From Paramecium tetraurelia (lineage: Eukaryota): a stretch of 64,000 nucleotides of DNA. Positions 25,242 to 39,409 of this stretch are shown here, piece after piece; the stretch's first letter is position 1; each line of letters starts with the position of its first letter. Position numbers and translations under genes: made by a program. The notes beneath the pieces were generated by a model that worked only from the letters and a program-made list of their open reading frames with translations, was not told the origin of the DNA and ran no database searches. The DNA lies in contig CT868330.1 of assembly GCA_000165425.1 (NCBI GenBank), positions 1-64,000 of the forward strand, read 5' to 3'.

Positions 25242-27719
25242 TCACTTCGGCAACGCTAAAATAAGTTTTTTATTTTTTATAAGCATCTTCTAAGAAGAGC
25301 AGCAAGTCTTCTCTTTAACAATCAGAATTCCTGATGCCTTCTTAGATTGGTGGTAATCTCATTCTAATATTAGGTATCTTATTTAGCAAATAAGCAGCGT
25401 CATGAAACTTAAATAACTTTATGCAAATACTTTTCCATATTTTAATAGACATTCTAATAGTTCTTCGTATTTTGACAATCTAAAGAACATATCTAATCCT
25501 AATTAATAAGCTGGTTCATATGGTTCAGACTTGCTTTCCTATAAGGCGAGAGATTCCTTACCACTTATCTCAATTAACTATTTTGCAAATTCTAAATTAT
25601 CTAATAGAACTTAATATTGAATTAGGAATTGCAAGTGAGTAAATCTTTGAGTTTAAATTAATAATTTAATTAATAACCTTTGGATTTCAATAATACTTTA
25701 TGTATAATCCTTTAATAGTTCCTAAAATTATCTTATAAATTCAATGAGAATCTCAATTAAGAATTATTTATTCATGTTTTCATTTTCGGCTAGGACCTAA
25801 AAGAAATGTTATTTGATATCTAATGGATATAAGACTGTGTATCCACTATATTATCTTTCATTTTAAGCGTGCCCAACATGTTCTGAGAAGACTCTCACAA
25901 AAATCTCAAAAATATTCTAAAAGATTTTAATTGGTTTATTATTTAATGCCAATTAAATTAAAAATTCAAAAACAGCATTTTTACAATTGCTTCTCCTTAA
26001 TAATCCACAAAAAGCCTCTTCAGGTTCATCCTCAAATGTGTTTGGTAAGTATTTTAAATTCAATGTAAATTAGTAAATTTATTTTTCTTTGTAGTTAATT
26101 ATTAAATCATCCTCTAAAAAATTACAACTTTGCTCATCTAAAATATACATATATTATTTACAAATTCGACTCTAAATTTAAACATTATGTTGAGTTAGAG
26201 CACACCATTTCGTTTTAACTAAAAATGTTTAATAATATTCGTCAGCTAATTTAATTTCTTGGATCAAAGTTTAAATATCAAATCCGAGATACATATTGCT
26301 AAATTATTAACTTTCCTCATTCTTTTATATTTGCTAAGTTTATTTCGATTACTCTTATTATTCAATTTCATCAACCTCCTAGTGATCAATATTTTGTTTG
26401 ATTAACTTATTATCTTCTATATTTTTATCATCAGCTTTTTCATCAGAATCTAATTGTTTGTTTGAAGATTATCCTTTTTAAGCTTAATCCCGATCATTTT
26501 AACTATCTTCTAAACTCCTGCTTGAGCTTTTCTTGGTTTATTCATTTTATTAAACTTCATTAATCTATTCATGTTAGTGCACTACATGCTACTTTTCTAC
26601 ATCCTTAAATTTGATAGTTGAAATTTCTTATTATTCAAAGATTGATTAAGGTGCCCCAAGAGCGGATTCTGGTCTTTATTTTTTGACATCAAACACTTAT
26701 GAGAATTTTTCATTGAAAGTTGATAAGATAATAAGATTATCAATTACTGATAGATTAATCTATTATCTAATAATAAAAATAAATTACAGTGATATCAGAT
26801 GGAAAGTTAAGCAGATATTTTTACTTAGTAATTTTTTCGTATTGCAGTTAATAAAATAACAATTTGCCACTATAGGAATTAGAAAAGGCTAAGAGTGATT
26901 TGCCGTATATGTGAATTAAGTAGACTCTATAAATTGAATCCGATATCAATTCATCTTGACATAAATCTTTGTTTTTCTTGTCCGTAGGGACAATAAATAA
27001 GGGGATGTCTGTTTTTTTTGATTTGAATATCGAAGCAAAAGGGGAAGTCCCATCTTTTGATTCAAAATCATCTAAATAAACTTCAGGCCCTTTGTATTTG
27101 AAATCCTTTTTCTTTTCCTTAAAGAAGTAAGTAGATATTAATCCATTATGATTGCTACAGCAAGTTGCTAGAACCTCATTTTTTAGTTCATACCAGCAGC
27201 AAGTTATTTTTTATTATAAAAACTTGACTTTCTTAACTTGATCATCAATTTTAAGCAGATGTATTCCATGATTTTCTACAACCATTATGTCAAATATTCC
27301 AAGCGAACCTTTTGCCCATTCAAATTGAATAATGTATGAATTCTTCTCTTATTGCACTTGGTACGTGAATTATCTGTTTGCTCTGGTTGAAAACAACTTC
27401 TATTTAATACTTGAATAATAAATTACTAATTAGTTTTCAGATACTTAATAAGCAACGTAGGTGTAATCTTGTTGTATATTCATACTGTGTATCATTTGAT
27501 TATAAGGTATCTAGATGCGCACAACTGTAGTGGGTTGACTTTTTTGGATTATAAATATTTGATTTTATTCTCTAAAGATGAAAATTTCATTCCCTCTATC
27601 ATAAAATAACTAGGCAGATATGAGAATGGAAAGCTTACTTGTGATTCTGGTCGAAGAGTTTTCCAAAATTCATTTAAAAATGTCTATTGGTTGTATTGTA
27701 TGAATTAGGCTAATGACAT
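25242..27719 (-). CDS. Mic1/RMC1 (regulator of MON1-CCZ1)-like protein
   Basis: N-terminal beta-rich region (LFYDRGNEIFIF), an acidic insert, and C-terminal LQFLIQYQVLLDNLEFAKQL...YEPAYQLGLDMFFRL typical of the Mic1 domain. Confidence 0.75.
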
Positions 27720-27821
27720 ACAAATAATGTAAAATAAATATAAAAGAAAAGCAACGTAAAATAGTTTGTTGATTATATTTAATTCAATTGTTCCATAATT
27801 AGAGAAATTATTTAATCATAA

Positions 27822-28960
27822 ATGGGGTAATGTTCATGTCAGGAATAAATTCCCTTAGTAAGTGAAGTTCCTCCGATAAATCTATTTCAGAAACCAGTAT
27901 TGATTACAGAAGAATAGGTTAATATAAATTAGGCGACACATTCTTTAGAAGTAGACAAAGCATTTTCTCAAGCAAAAACAAAGTAAATGGAAGATTCGGA
28001 GGAATTGGAATTGCATAGACCTAATAAGGCTGAAGCTTGGGAGACATCCAAATTATTTGAAACTATTTCTGAAAAAGTTAGAGTAAAAAAAAAGTTTAAA
28101 CTTTCTAGGAATTATAGACTGAATTGCCACCTTTAGAACTTGAGGATAGGGAAGGATACTTTTATGGAGTTTATGAACTAAAAAATGGATCCTTATACCA
28201 AGGCACCTGGATTGAAGGCTAAAGGGAAGGAAAAGGTAATCATATCTAATACTTTTAGGAGCACAGATTATGAAAAATGGAGCACTTTATGAAGGCTATT
28301 TCGTTAAAGGAAAATCTAATGGGAAGGGAAGAATGATATATACGGATGGAGATTATTATGTTGGTGAATGGTTGGAAGATTAACGTAATAAGTTTTCTTA
28401 ATTTTAGTTCATGGATATGGAGAGTACTTTCATGCTGATGGAACCAAGTATAAAGGAAATTGGGAATTCGACAAATAACATGGATATGGAGAAGAATTTT
28501 TTAAAGATTCTTCAATTTTCAAAGGTTAATTTTAAAAAGGTAAAAAATTCGGAGAAGGACTATTTATATTTCCAGATGGTTCTTAATATGAAGGCCAATT
28601 TTAAAATAACTATTTTTCAGGCAAGGGGTACTGTTATAAGAATAAATTGTTTCTAGTAAATATACTTGGCCTAGCAAAAAATAATATATTGGTTAGTGGC
28701 AACAGAGCAAAATGAATGGGTAAGGCATAATGATATGGTAAGATGGAACTCGATATGAGGGATCATATTTGGAAGATAAAAAACATGGATTTGGAACAAT
28801 AACGTGGCGTAATATTATTATCATCATATTAGCTGATTCTCGATGCTATTCAGGTTAGTGGTTAAACGGGAAAATGCATGGAATAGGAGAATATACTAGT
28901 TCGACAGGATAAGCAAGGAAAGGAGAATGGCTTAATGGTAAAAGAGTTAAATGGATTTGA
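27822..28960 (+). CDS. MORN-repeat protein with probable N-acylation motif
   Basis: Starts MGQCSC. Repeated YEGxW/FxxGxxxGxG units (YQGTWIEGQREGKG, YEGYFVKGKSNGKG, YEGSYLEDKKHGFG). Multiple tiny introns. Confidence 0.9.
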
Positions 28961-29149
28961 TTACATGATTAAAATGATATTTGATAAATTATCTTATTTA
29001 ATTGCGAGTTTGAGTTAATATTAAATATTAATTCAAAATTTATAAATTAAGAATATATTCAATTGTTAGTTCTGTACTTTTAGAATTTTTTAATTTTGGT
29101 GGAAAATCTGTTAGAGCTAAGTGATATAAATTATTTATAAAAAATGATA

Positions 29150-30530
29150 TTTGAATATAGAAATTTACAATTAAATTAAGAAAACATCCTCTAATTTGTA
29201 CAAGAATAGTGCTTGATCTTTACTTAATATGAAGGGAGGGTTTTTTTAGTATATACTGCAAATCATTTATAATCTATCTTGATATTAAGTCTATGAAATC
29301 CTAAATCTTAAAGAAATAGTAAATTTTACTTCAAGGATTCTAAAGATCTTTTTTTAATTGAATCCCATGCATCTAGTTCCAGTAGGAAATCAAAATGATA
29401 AATCTTTCTTATCTATTATCCGTTAGTACTCTCTCATTTCATGTTGAACTTTTAGTTAATCCATATAATTGCAAATGATATTGAAACAAACACTTGCATT
29501 TTCTAATTTTTGGAATAGTTTATTAATTTCCTTCTTGTCCTATTAAGAATTTATTTTTTCAGAATAGTTAATTATCTTTATTTACATACTAATATACTTT
29601 TTCTACTAGTTCTAAAGTAATTTAATATTCTTGTGTATTTTGAATTGTTTACGACATCAAAATATTATTTACGATTATTAATTACTTTTATTTGAATTTA
29701 GAAACATCTTAGTTTCTAACTTAATGAAGAGGAGTGAAACAAAATAATAATAGTTTAAGTGTATATATATAATTCACCTAAAAAAATCATTAGTTTTGGG
29801 TAATGTCCTTAATAATGTCAACTTTATTTATTTTATTGCCTACACATAAACTATGATTTCTTTTATGAGGCATTAGCTTTGAGGTAACATTGTTGAAACT
29901 AATACAATTTAATCCATCAACGGCATTCAATGATCTATCGCATATAATCAATTAAGGGATCCCTTATTTATAAATGTTTTTATCAAAGAACAATTTAAAC
30001 TTTTGCATTGTTGGATATTCAATTAATGGGCTAGTAATTTTTGTAGTTCTTAAAGGAGTTTTTGAGGTTTTTTATCTTATATCTATTAATCTTGGAATCA
30101 TTTTAATTCTCTAGGTTTATTGTGAAATTGATTTTCGTGCTTTTTCTTAACTAATATTTGTCTACACACTTGAATCGGTTGTTAATTTTTATGGCTTCTC
30201 AAAACTTTAATTTTAATCATCCCAACCAACGATGTCTTATTAAGTAAAGTTGATTTTACTTTTCGGTTGCTTTACTTTGATAACCAAAATTCTTACATAA
30301 ATCAATTCTCTGTTAATTGTCACATAAGGTTTGATAGGAGCTAAGGGCTTCTAAAGTTTATTAAGCAGTGTTTTCAACTCTTTTTCTTATTGGCGATTGA
30401 TTTAATGTTGATTTCCCAATTTTGTTAATCTGATAATAATTTCAATTCTTTACAATTTTTCTTGCCACTCTTTGTTAATGAATACGATGAAATTAGTTTT
30501 CTTTATTAGAAATAACTGACTTTATCATTT
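29150..30530 (-). CDS. Hypothetical low-complexity protein
   Basis: Long minus-strand code-6 frames rich in Q/K/S/T. Boundaries are approximate. Confidence 0.35.
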
Positions 30531-30849
30531 ACAAGCAAAATATTTAATATTATATTTATAATTCACTTAGTCGTTAATATTTAGAGTATATTCTAATAAA
30601 AAATTCCTAGGATTTCTATTGAGAAGACCTTAAAAATTGATTTAAGAGAACTATTTCATAACATATAATCAATTCCATATAAGAATGGAAATAATCTCAA
30701 AAAGCTCTAACATTCATAAAAAATATGAATATTAACCTTATTGCTTTGAATTTAATATGAGAGGCATAAAAAAATAGCAAGACTAACTTATTTTGATAAT
30801 TTTATTTTAATATAATTATTTTTTAATAAACATTAAATTTTTCTAAATT

Positions 30850-31865
30850 ATGAAATAAAATGTCACTTGTACAGATCATGGGAAGTTAATGGAATATCTA
30901 AATTTTCATGCAAATTCTAAATGCAATCTGTTTTGTGAGGAATGCATTAAAAGTTAAAACATTTAAAATACATTAGTAAGAATAGATAAAATTAGGGATA
31001 AGGTTGTAAATGAATTAAAAAGCGTAATTTATTATTAGAATAACTTAGATCAAGCAATATTAGGAGAAATATTAAAATAAAATTAGAATTATTTAAAATT
31101 CATTAATTTCTTTAAAGGAAAAAGAATAGTAATTATGTAAAGTTATTGATGATATTGATATCTATTAATTTTAAAATGTTTAAGATTATATTTAAAAAAT
31201 TTATAGAATTAACAATGGAGATGTGTAGGCAACACTTACTCAATAATTTTTTCAAGATACACAACCTATTGATTAACTATAAAGAATGTTTACTTTCAGC
31301 CAAGAATATAAAAATGAATCTGTTATATTATTGAATAAATTCACAATAAAACAAAGTATTATGGATGATAATTCATTGATTAGATAAAGTGATTATGAAT
31401 TCCCTTGCAGTTATTGAACCAGTATTAGATCAATAGTAAGAGAGTGCAATCTATTTTAAAATAAATGTAAACAAATTCCTTTATGATTAATAAGCATATA
31501 GGTTAGAGTATTGCAATTGGATTTTGTGAATTAGAAATCATTAAATAATAATAATATCAAATAAGTAATTGGAATTCCTTAGGACATGGATGCTATCTAA
31601 TATCAAGTGGAGGATGTAATACTTTTAATTATTGATAGATACCTATAACTCAAAAGATTGGAAATTTAATTTCAAAAAAAATGGATTTTGCTTCAATCAA
31701 AATTAAATTATTAAAATTAGTTATGATCCGCTGAATAGCGTAATAATATTTGAAAAACTCAATGATTCTTAATGTCTAATAGAAATGAAAATAGCTACAA
31801 AAAATTTACATGCCTGTGTTTATGTTTCGAAACCAAAGGATGAGATCGAAATTCTGAATTTTTGA
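30850..31865 (+). CDS. B-box-like zinc finger / coiled-coil / SPRY-like ciliate family protein
   Basis: MKQNVTCTDHGKLMEYL...CNLFCEECIK, a coiled-coil, then FAVIEPVL...IAIGFCE...WNSLGHGCYLISSGG...LHACVYV. TGA at 31863-31865. Confidence 0.65.
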
Positions 31866-31970
31866 TGAAATCCTATATTTTGTTTATTTAATGAATTTCG
31901 AATCTTAAAAATCAGAGTGTTATTGGATAAATCAAATTCACAAATTATATAATAATATTTGATGACAATA

Positions 31971-32825
31971 TCATAAGTTCATTTCTAACATTTCTCTCTT
32001 AAGTTTTTCAATCACTTTTTCGACAAGTTAGACTAAAGTTTCTTCTGTTTTCTCTCTTTCATTTCTAGTTTTTTTGAGTTATTCTTGGATTCTTCCAGAG
32101 ATTTCTCTCAGACTTTCCACAATTTCCTCCTCTTTAGCTTCTCTTTCCTTCTTTTCTCTATAAATAGATCAATAATAATATGTACCTTTCAAATAATTCT
32201 CTTAAATCATTTAATTATTCCACAAATTAATGATATATTTTTTCTTCAACATCTTTTCTTTCTGTTATCTCATTTTATAACTCATCAGCTATTTTTGGGA
32301 GATCTTCGTTCAAATAAGAATCAATGTATTCATGAGATGTAGATTGAGCCTAAACTATTAATTAAATAATTTACCAATCCTTCCTTTACAACCTCCTATT
32401 ATAAGCTTTCTATTTATTATCCTATAGTATAAACTATTTTTTTTTCTTGTTCAACTCTGTCCTTGGAATTCTGTTCAATCAATCTTCTGGCATGTCTTTC
32501 AAGATCTGTTATCAATTTAAAGGTTTCACTTTCTTATCTTTCACGACTAAAATAAATATTAAACATCCATACTCTTCTTATTCTTATTCCAAAAATTCTG
32601 TTAATTGTCTTACTTTCTGGGCAATATAAGCAAACTTCTCTTCTTTTTAGTCAGATTAATGTTATAATTAAGCTTCAAATGCCATTATTAATTGGCTGAT
32701 AGCATGGAATCGATTATTTTTCCTATTAAATATAAAAAACTTATTTACTCGTCCTAAACACTTGTTGAAATGTTATTAAGCTTTTCAAAAATTGATGAAA
32801 CTCTATTTTAGATATTTTCTGACAT
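31971..32825 (-). CDS. SF-assemblin / striated (kinetodesmal) fibre-like coiled-coil protein
   Basis: MSENIQNRVSSIFEKLNNISTSVQDE.. all-helical E/K-rich body, ending KKTRNERE.TEETLVQLVEKVIEKLKREMLEMNL*. Several tiny introns. Confidence 0.7.
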
Positions 32826-33002
32826 GGTTTTGCTTAAAATTATTAATAATTTTTATTTCTGTGTATTTTATATAAATATCAAATAAAATATCAGCACAAG
32901 TTTTACATAAATTAAAACAATTCAGAAATCTATCATTACTTACATATATCAATAACTATTATCTTATTATTTTGATATTTTATAAACCATTGTCAAACAA
33001 AA

Positions 33003-34150
33003 TAAAGTATCTCAGGATAAATAGAATCTAACAATAGATCCGAATTGAGAAGTTTAGAACTTCAATATATTGTAAATCAATTGAAACTTTATGATTATAT
33101 TGAAATTCTAGATTAAGGGGTAAGGACAGTTTATTATATTTTTCAAAAATGTGATTCTTTTTAAAAAGGACATAAGAACTCTAAATATCATAATTTTAGT
33201 TTTATTATACTTCATAAGACCAGATTTATAATTGACAATTAGATGAATAGCATAGATAATAAAATATTATAGATAATTTGGTAATCTGATTTCATTTCTA
33301 GTATTCGATTTTGTCCTCATGTTGGCTACTTATCACTATTAGACACACTATTTGTTAATTTATGAAACTATTAAACCTCTTTAAATTTATTGATGAAATT
33401 TGGCTAAATATATATGGAAAGTTATAAAATCTTAATAAGTATTTTGACAAAGAATTAAGATCTCATATTTAAATATCTATTTAATTTAGAACAAAAAGAA
33501 AAGCTTATGATGGCTGAAAAATATGAAAAAGAATGTAAAACAATATCATTACATGAGTTAAAAAGAAAAAGAGTTATCAAAATTATGACAAGCTTTCAAA
33601 AATGATTATTTAAGAGTATTGATTGTCTAAAATTATTTGATGAACATGTTAACTCAGGGTTTTATAAATGACTATAAAAAATTCAATTAAGAGGACTACC
33701 TAACAACTCAAAGTTTTATAGATAAATTAAATTTGATTGTTAAAAGTCCACTATGTAAGTTTTTTTTGGGGACTAATATAATGATTATGCTTTCTACTGT
33801 TCAAAATCTTTTGAAGGAGCATTAGATATGGCTTAGTCAAGTAATGATGTATGCAGCACATAAATACAAAGTAACATTTGCTTTGAATAATTTACCTCTA
33901 TTGCTTAGTACTTTAGATATGAGGCTGAAGGCATGTACATTATGGTAAAGGGCCTGATTGAGTTGGTAGCTTATTTAAAGGAAGCTTTGCTGTAAGCCAC
34001 ATTTTCTCAAATGGATTAAATTATAGATTAGAGCTTTTTTCTATTGTAATTTGTAGTGTTCTTAATCTAATATTTTTTATTCGTAAGTATTAAACAGAGG
34101 AATATAATTTGGTGAAAGAAATATTTTATTATTGCCATCATCAACTTTAT
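33003..34150 (+). pseudogene. Degenerate gene for a membrane-protein-like product with in-frame TGA codons
   Basis: Protein-like frame with a hydrophobic C-terminal segment (SFFLLQFVVFLIQYFLFVSI), interrupted by TGA at 33363, 33603, 33669 and 34113, all in one frame. Confidence 0.45.
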
Positions 34151-34236
34151 TTTTGGATGACAATTTTTTAAAGAAATATTAGAATATTCTATGTGCAATA
34201 TTAAATTTGATTGATGAATTATATAAAATATTAAAA

Positions 34237-35607
34237 ATGTTAAAGTTTTATTGTTTTTTCAGCATTGTCATTACATTAGGAGCAATTTACAATTCTTTTA
34301 ATGTACATAAGCAATTTTACCCATCGGTTTTATATCTAAGCACTAATAAGATAAATAGATCTATACTTTTGAATTTTATTGTAATGATTGTTTCCACGTT
34401 TATTATGACATTTTTAAGAATGATGTTTGGAGAATTAAAGGAAATAGAAAAGATCGTATGAATTTGTATTAACTATTGAATAGTCTGTGATAGATAAAAC
34501 AAAGAAGAAAATTTTGGAAGTAGCATATTTATTATTCTTTTTTTATCATTCATTAGATTGGTAGTTTATATGTAAGATGTGTATAGATAATTTAGTTTTG
34601 ATTTTTTGGTTGATGGCATTATCAATAATTCATTGGATCGCAATAAAAAGAGCTGGGTTCCTGATTGCAGAATCGTAGATTAATTTTCGAGACAATGTTA
34701 AACTATTATTAACATTCATCTTGCTGTTTGTTATTGATATCAAAGTAACAATTTGAAATATTCTAGTTAGATAAGTCTATATTTTTTTTATGGAACAGAA
34801 GAGAAATTTTAGAATATGTTATTAGGTTTTGAATTCATTCTTTTGCCAATTCGAATTGCTTTACCATTTATAAAACATGTGGTCAATCTATTTGAGATCC
34901 TTACTCTTTCATAATTCGACACTAAGGCAATTATCTTCTGTGGACTTGATGTCTTAAAAACGCTTTTCAAATTGGGTGTTTAAATTCTGCTTTTTCAATA
35001 CGTGTTGAACAGTCAAGGATTTTTATTGATATTATTTGTCGATGGCGTTGAAAATGCATATGCTATGTTTAATAAAATAAAAGTCTTTTATAATTAAGTT
35101 AAATTAATCAGAATGATTGAAAGGATATAAGATGTAGAAAAAATAGATTCGCATGATTCCACTTGTTTAATATGTCTGAATGAATTAGAAAACGGTAAAA
35201 AATTATCTTGCGGTCATATATATCATAAGAGTTGTTTGAAAACTTGGATAGCAGGAAATTCAAATCAATTTTGTCCAAAATGCAAAAAGCCAATTCAATT
35301 GGAAGAGATCAAAATTGAAGGTAATGATTCAAAGACAAAAATTTTGAAAAAACAAATATTATTATAAGAATTGAGTGAGATTCGAAGCAACATTTAATTA
35401 TTAAAGATTTTAAATTAATGTCGCAACATTTAAAATCACATATAGTACAATTAAGGAATTGGAAATACTTAATATGCTTTACCTTGTGAAGCCTTGCAAT
35501 AGTACTCTGGAGTGACAGAAATCAAGAGATTGTAAATTAATTATATGAATAAAATTATGAATGGAATTGATAAGGGAATAATTGAAAATCATTAAATACC
35601 TAAATGA
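34237..35607 (+). CDS. HRD1: Hrd1/synoviolin-like ERAD E3 ubiquitin ligase (TM domain + RING-H2)
   Basis: N-terminal HKQFYPSVLYLS...MFGELKEIE and several TM helices. RING-H2 is CLICLNELENGKKLSCGHIYHKSCLKTW...CPKCKKPI. Confidence 0.85.
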
Positions 35608-35774
35608 AACAATAATATTATTTTATTTTCATCTAAAAATCAATCATTTTAGAGTAATCAATATTAAAATGTGCCTGTGCATAATCATCCATTTTTATGA
35701 TCCCTTGAATTAGGAGTTATTTTAAATAAAATAAAAATAAATGGTAAATGAAAACATATTAATATTATTGATTT

Positions 35775-36299
35775 TCACTTTTTAAAATAATAGAAGCTTT
35801 CTGGGCAGACAATCCCTTCTAAAAAACGAGTAATATATTTCAAATGAGTTAATTTTGTTGATTCTGATCTCATTTATGAATGCATCACATAGGAATACGC
35901 ATGTTTTGAATAAAACTCGAAAGATAATTCTGAGAATATTTTTTTGTAAACGTCTCCATCCACAGTCCAGATTCTTTTGAATTGTTCAAAATTCTCTAAT
36001 TTTTAATTTGTAACCCATTTCTTGAAATGAGAGACATTACTTTCAGGAATGTATTATGTAATGATTTTTAAGGCTTATTCATTATGCAATATGAATCTAT
36101 TTAGGGCATTTCCAAAATTTCTTAAGAGATTTTTTGTATCTTCTTTTTTTTAATTCTCTTCTTTTGCCTTCTCAACCAATTATTAAAACACAGTCAAAGG
36201 GAGAGTAATTTATTGATCCTCTATCTTTATTTTCTTGCTAATTGTGAGTTCTTCTTGTGTGTATTTGTAGGGTCGAAAATTGGACATTTTATTAATCAT
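35775..36299 (-). CDS. Hypothetical protein (ciliate-type small basic helical family)
   Basis: Clean 175-codon code-6 ORF: ...TKNLLRNFGNAL...KIFSELSFEFYSKHAYSYVMHSQM...HLKYITRFLEGIVCPESFYYFKK*. Confidence 0.7.
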
Positions 36300-37009
36300 T
36301 TTAGTTGAATATCCTTTAACTCACTTTTAATTCGATTCTTAATAAATATAATTTATTTCTGTAATATTAAGGATATCTTAATGCAGTAGTATTTTAATAA
36401 TCACAATCACTATTTTAATGTACTTGTACACATAAGAAACCAAACTAAGGATATCCATTATGATACTCGAGTTCTAAAAATTATAGGTTTAAAGAATATA
36501 AATAAAAGAGTCTTAATGAATTTTAGCCTTATAGTATGAATCGACACACAAAATGGTATTCAATCAATGTTAATTTTCACACATCCCAATATATTTTGAG
36601 GATAATTAGTATAGGCATTTGTCACAAAATACGAGGATGATATATAGAGCGTGAGGATGTCTGAGAATTCAACCAGCAGTCTATGTGATAACAACTATTT
36701 GAGAACTCTTTATTAGCATTTTATTATCTTTGAATCAGTTAATCATAGATCAAAGGAGTTCTATTAAGGAAGGGAAGAAAAATTTTGAGGAGAATTGGAA
36801 CTATAATAAGGATAACTGTTCAACTAAATGTAGATATTATTTTAGATACATATCAGAAAACAAGTCTACTTAGTTTGGAGATGTGGTTTTGGAGAGCGAT
36901 GTTAAGAATATTAAATAAAATGATCTATTTTTATTAATTTTTATAAAGGAAAATATTAGAAAGAATTTTGAATATCTAAAAGCATATATTAAATTTAAAT
37001 ATAATTAAA

Positions 37010-38835
37010 ATGATTGAGATAGCGGAAAAGGGTGTAACGAATTTGGAATTGAGCAAGCATTTAATTAAGAGACTAAATTATCCTCAATGGAAAAGAATCA
37101 GCAGGTTTGAATTTACACAGATATTTTGAAAATATTGATTATATACTTTATACTATAACACGTCAGGCGATTGTTTATTTTAGGTAAAAACTCTCAACCT
37201 ACGATTTGAAACATCTAAATACACATGAGAAGGAGTTTCGCGTAGTCTGGTCTCCAAGTTAGCCACCATCACCATCCAAAGCCATGTGCGAGTTTTCTTC
37301 TGGTGATTCCAGTCCTTGTGATGATGATCAATATTAAGCTAAAATAGAATTCATAGGTACAAAATTATCAATTCGTGATATTTGTAATTCTGTTCTTAAT
37401 TCTAATTGCTATGAAATTCGAATTTTAGAACCCACAAAAACAGGAAAATACGAGAAGTTTTAAATTTTAAATAAATCTTAGAATCCCTTTGGAGTGGCAA
37501 GACTAAAAAGATATAATTCTCTTTTATTATGATTCTTCACTTGAAGCATGTCAAGATAAGCATTCTATTAAAAAGTATTTAAAGGAAAAGTAAAATTTAT
37601 TTATATTATTAAAATTAATTTATAGATTCAAAGATTATCATTTTATTAATTTTGAAGAGGTCTAAAAAGTATATTTGGCAGGAGAATAGGCATATGTTAT
37701 AAGAATAAATGAAGTTAAATCAGCCTAATTTTTTTATTATAATATGAATAAAAATTAACCAAAACACAAGAAATATCTTGGTGAGAATTTTCAAGTAATA
37801 AATTGCCCCTCTATCTTCCAAAGGTTGGAATTTTGAAGAAAATCCGAGATGTCAAAATCCAGTATAAGATTATTCTGAGATTTCTGCCCATTTAATTTTA
37901 TAAAGAAAAAATTGAAAGCATAATTTATGAGAGAAGAAATGAGAAAAACTTTATTGACATTCGATCCTTAAGAGTCGAAGAGCTATTTGAATGTACAAAT
38001 AATAAATGCACCTTAGTTGAAGGATGTAAATATGGAGTAATCTATTGCGATGACCTAAAATAATCTTAAAGTTTGGTCGACATTTTTAATAAGTAAAAAC
38101 AAGCATATTCTTAGGTACTTTTTTGAGAGAAAAATATCTTAACCAGAAATCATCTTGGTGAATGAAGAAGGCAAAAAAGTTCTTTAAATCTCTAATACCT
38201 CAGAATTTATTAACCCTCTCTCAACCAACTACGATACTGAAAATTAGATGAAACTTATACTTCAATAAGAAATAGATAAAGAAATTTAGGAAAAGATAGA
38301 AAAATAAGAAAGATTAGAAAAATTGGAAAGATAAGAAAAACAAGAGAGATTAGAAAAGGAGAGATTAGAGAAAATTGAAAAAGAAAAAAATGAAAAAATA
38401 GATAGAGAGAAGGAAAGAGAAAAATAAGAGAAACAACAGAGTGGAAGTATATGATATTTCTACTATTCCAAGAAAAAAATTATCAAGATATTAACTTAAC
38501 TACTGTTGAATTTAATAGTGGGAAAGTTCATGAAAAATAAGAAAAATCTATTGAAAGGAACCAAAATTCCTATCACAGTCATTATCATCATAATTATAAT
38601 AATAAATGTATTGAGATAGTAAAACTAATGTAGATGAGAATGGAAGCAGAAACAAAGGCAGAAGATCAAGATCACAATCCAGAAAGAGAAGACATAGTTC
38701 AAGTGACAGTTCTAAGTTAAAATATATAATTAATTATATAACAGAAAATATCATGATAGAAAACATCGATAGAATCGATATGAGACAAAAAGAAAATCGG
38801 GATGGGAAAACAATAGTAGTAAGGCAAGAAAATGA
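37010..38835 (+). CDS. Probable RNA-binding protein (RRM-like segments, E/K/R helix, RS-rich tail)
   Basis: Multi-exon ORF with an EKQERLEK-type charged repeat (~38270-38435) and tail GRRSRSQSRKRRHSSSDSS...SGWENNSSKARK*. The RRM assignment is tentative. Confidence 0.55.
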
Positions 38836-38961
38836 ATAAATTTTACTGTAATTTTAAAACAACAAGGCATTTATAGACATAGACAATTATTTTTACAAAC
38901 AAAACAGTTAAATAAAAATGTAAAACAAAAGCAATACAATCAAGCAGACTTCCTTCTGATG

Positions 38962-39409
38962 TCAACCATAAATAGCATACTCTATAGCATCAAATACTTC
39001 AGAGGTGAAATTTAATTAAGGAGATACTTGTTTCAACTCATCCTTTGATATATTTTCTTTATTTGATTTGTATATGTTGACAAATGATTACAATAATTAA
39101 CAATTTTTGCTTATACTTTCTCCTCCTTTAGAATATGGTACTATATGATCAAATTGATAACATAAGGGCCCTCTGCAAGCATTTAGGGCTTTGCAAACTG
39201 GATTTCCCACCGCGTCTAATCTCCATCGATCTGGATTCCTTCCTTCCATTATTTAAGCCTTTTAAACAATATAACAGAGCTGATACATTATTCCAGCATT
39301 CTTCCCTAGCTAATTTATCGAATCTCCTTGGATTATATGGTGAAGGTGACCTTCTTTAACTCTGATGTGTAATATTATTATGATTTGAATTAATATTATT
39401 TTCCGACAT
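38962..39409 (-). CDS. HNH endonuclease-family protein
   Basis: After removing the 28-nt intron 39259-39286: PRRFDKLAREECWNNAQIMEGRNPDRWRLDAVGNPVCKALNACRGPLCYQFDHIVPYSKGGESISKNCQLLQSFVNIYKSNK...FDAIEYAIYG*. The DHIxPxSKGG..N...N core is present. Confidence 0.9.

Noticed and set aside
38270..38435. Purine-rich GAAAA/GAGA tandem-like DNA
   Set aside because: Explained by an E/K/R-rich coding helix.
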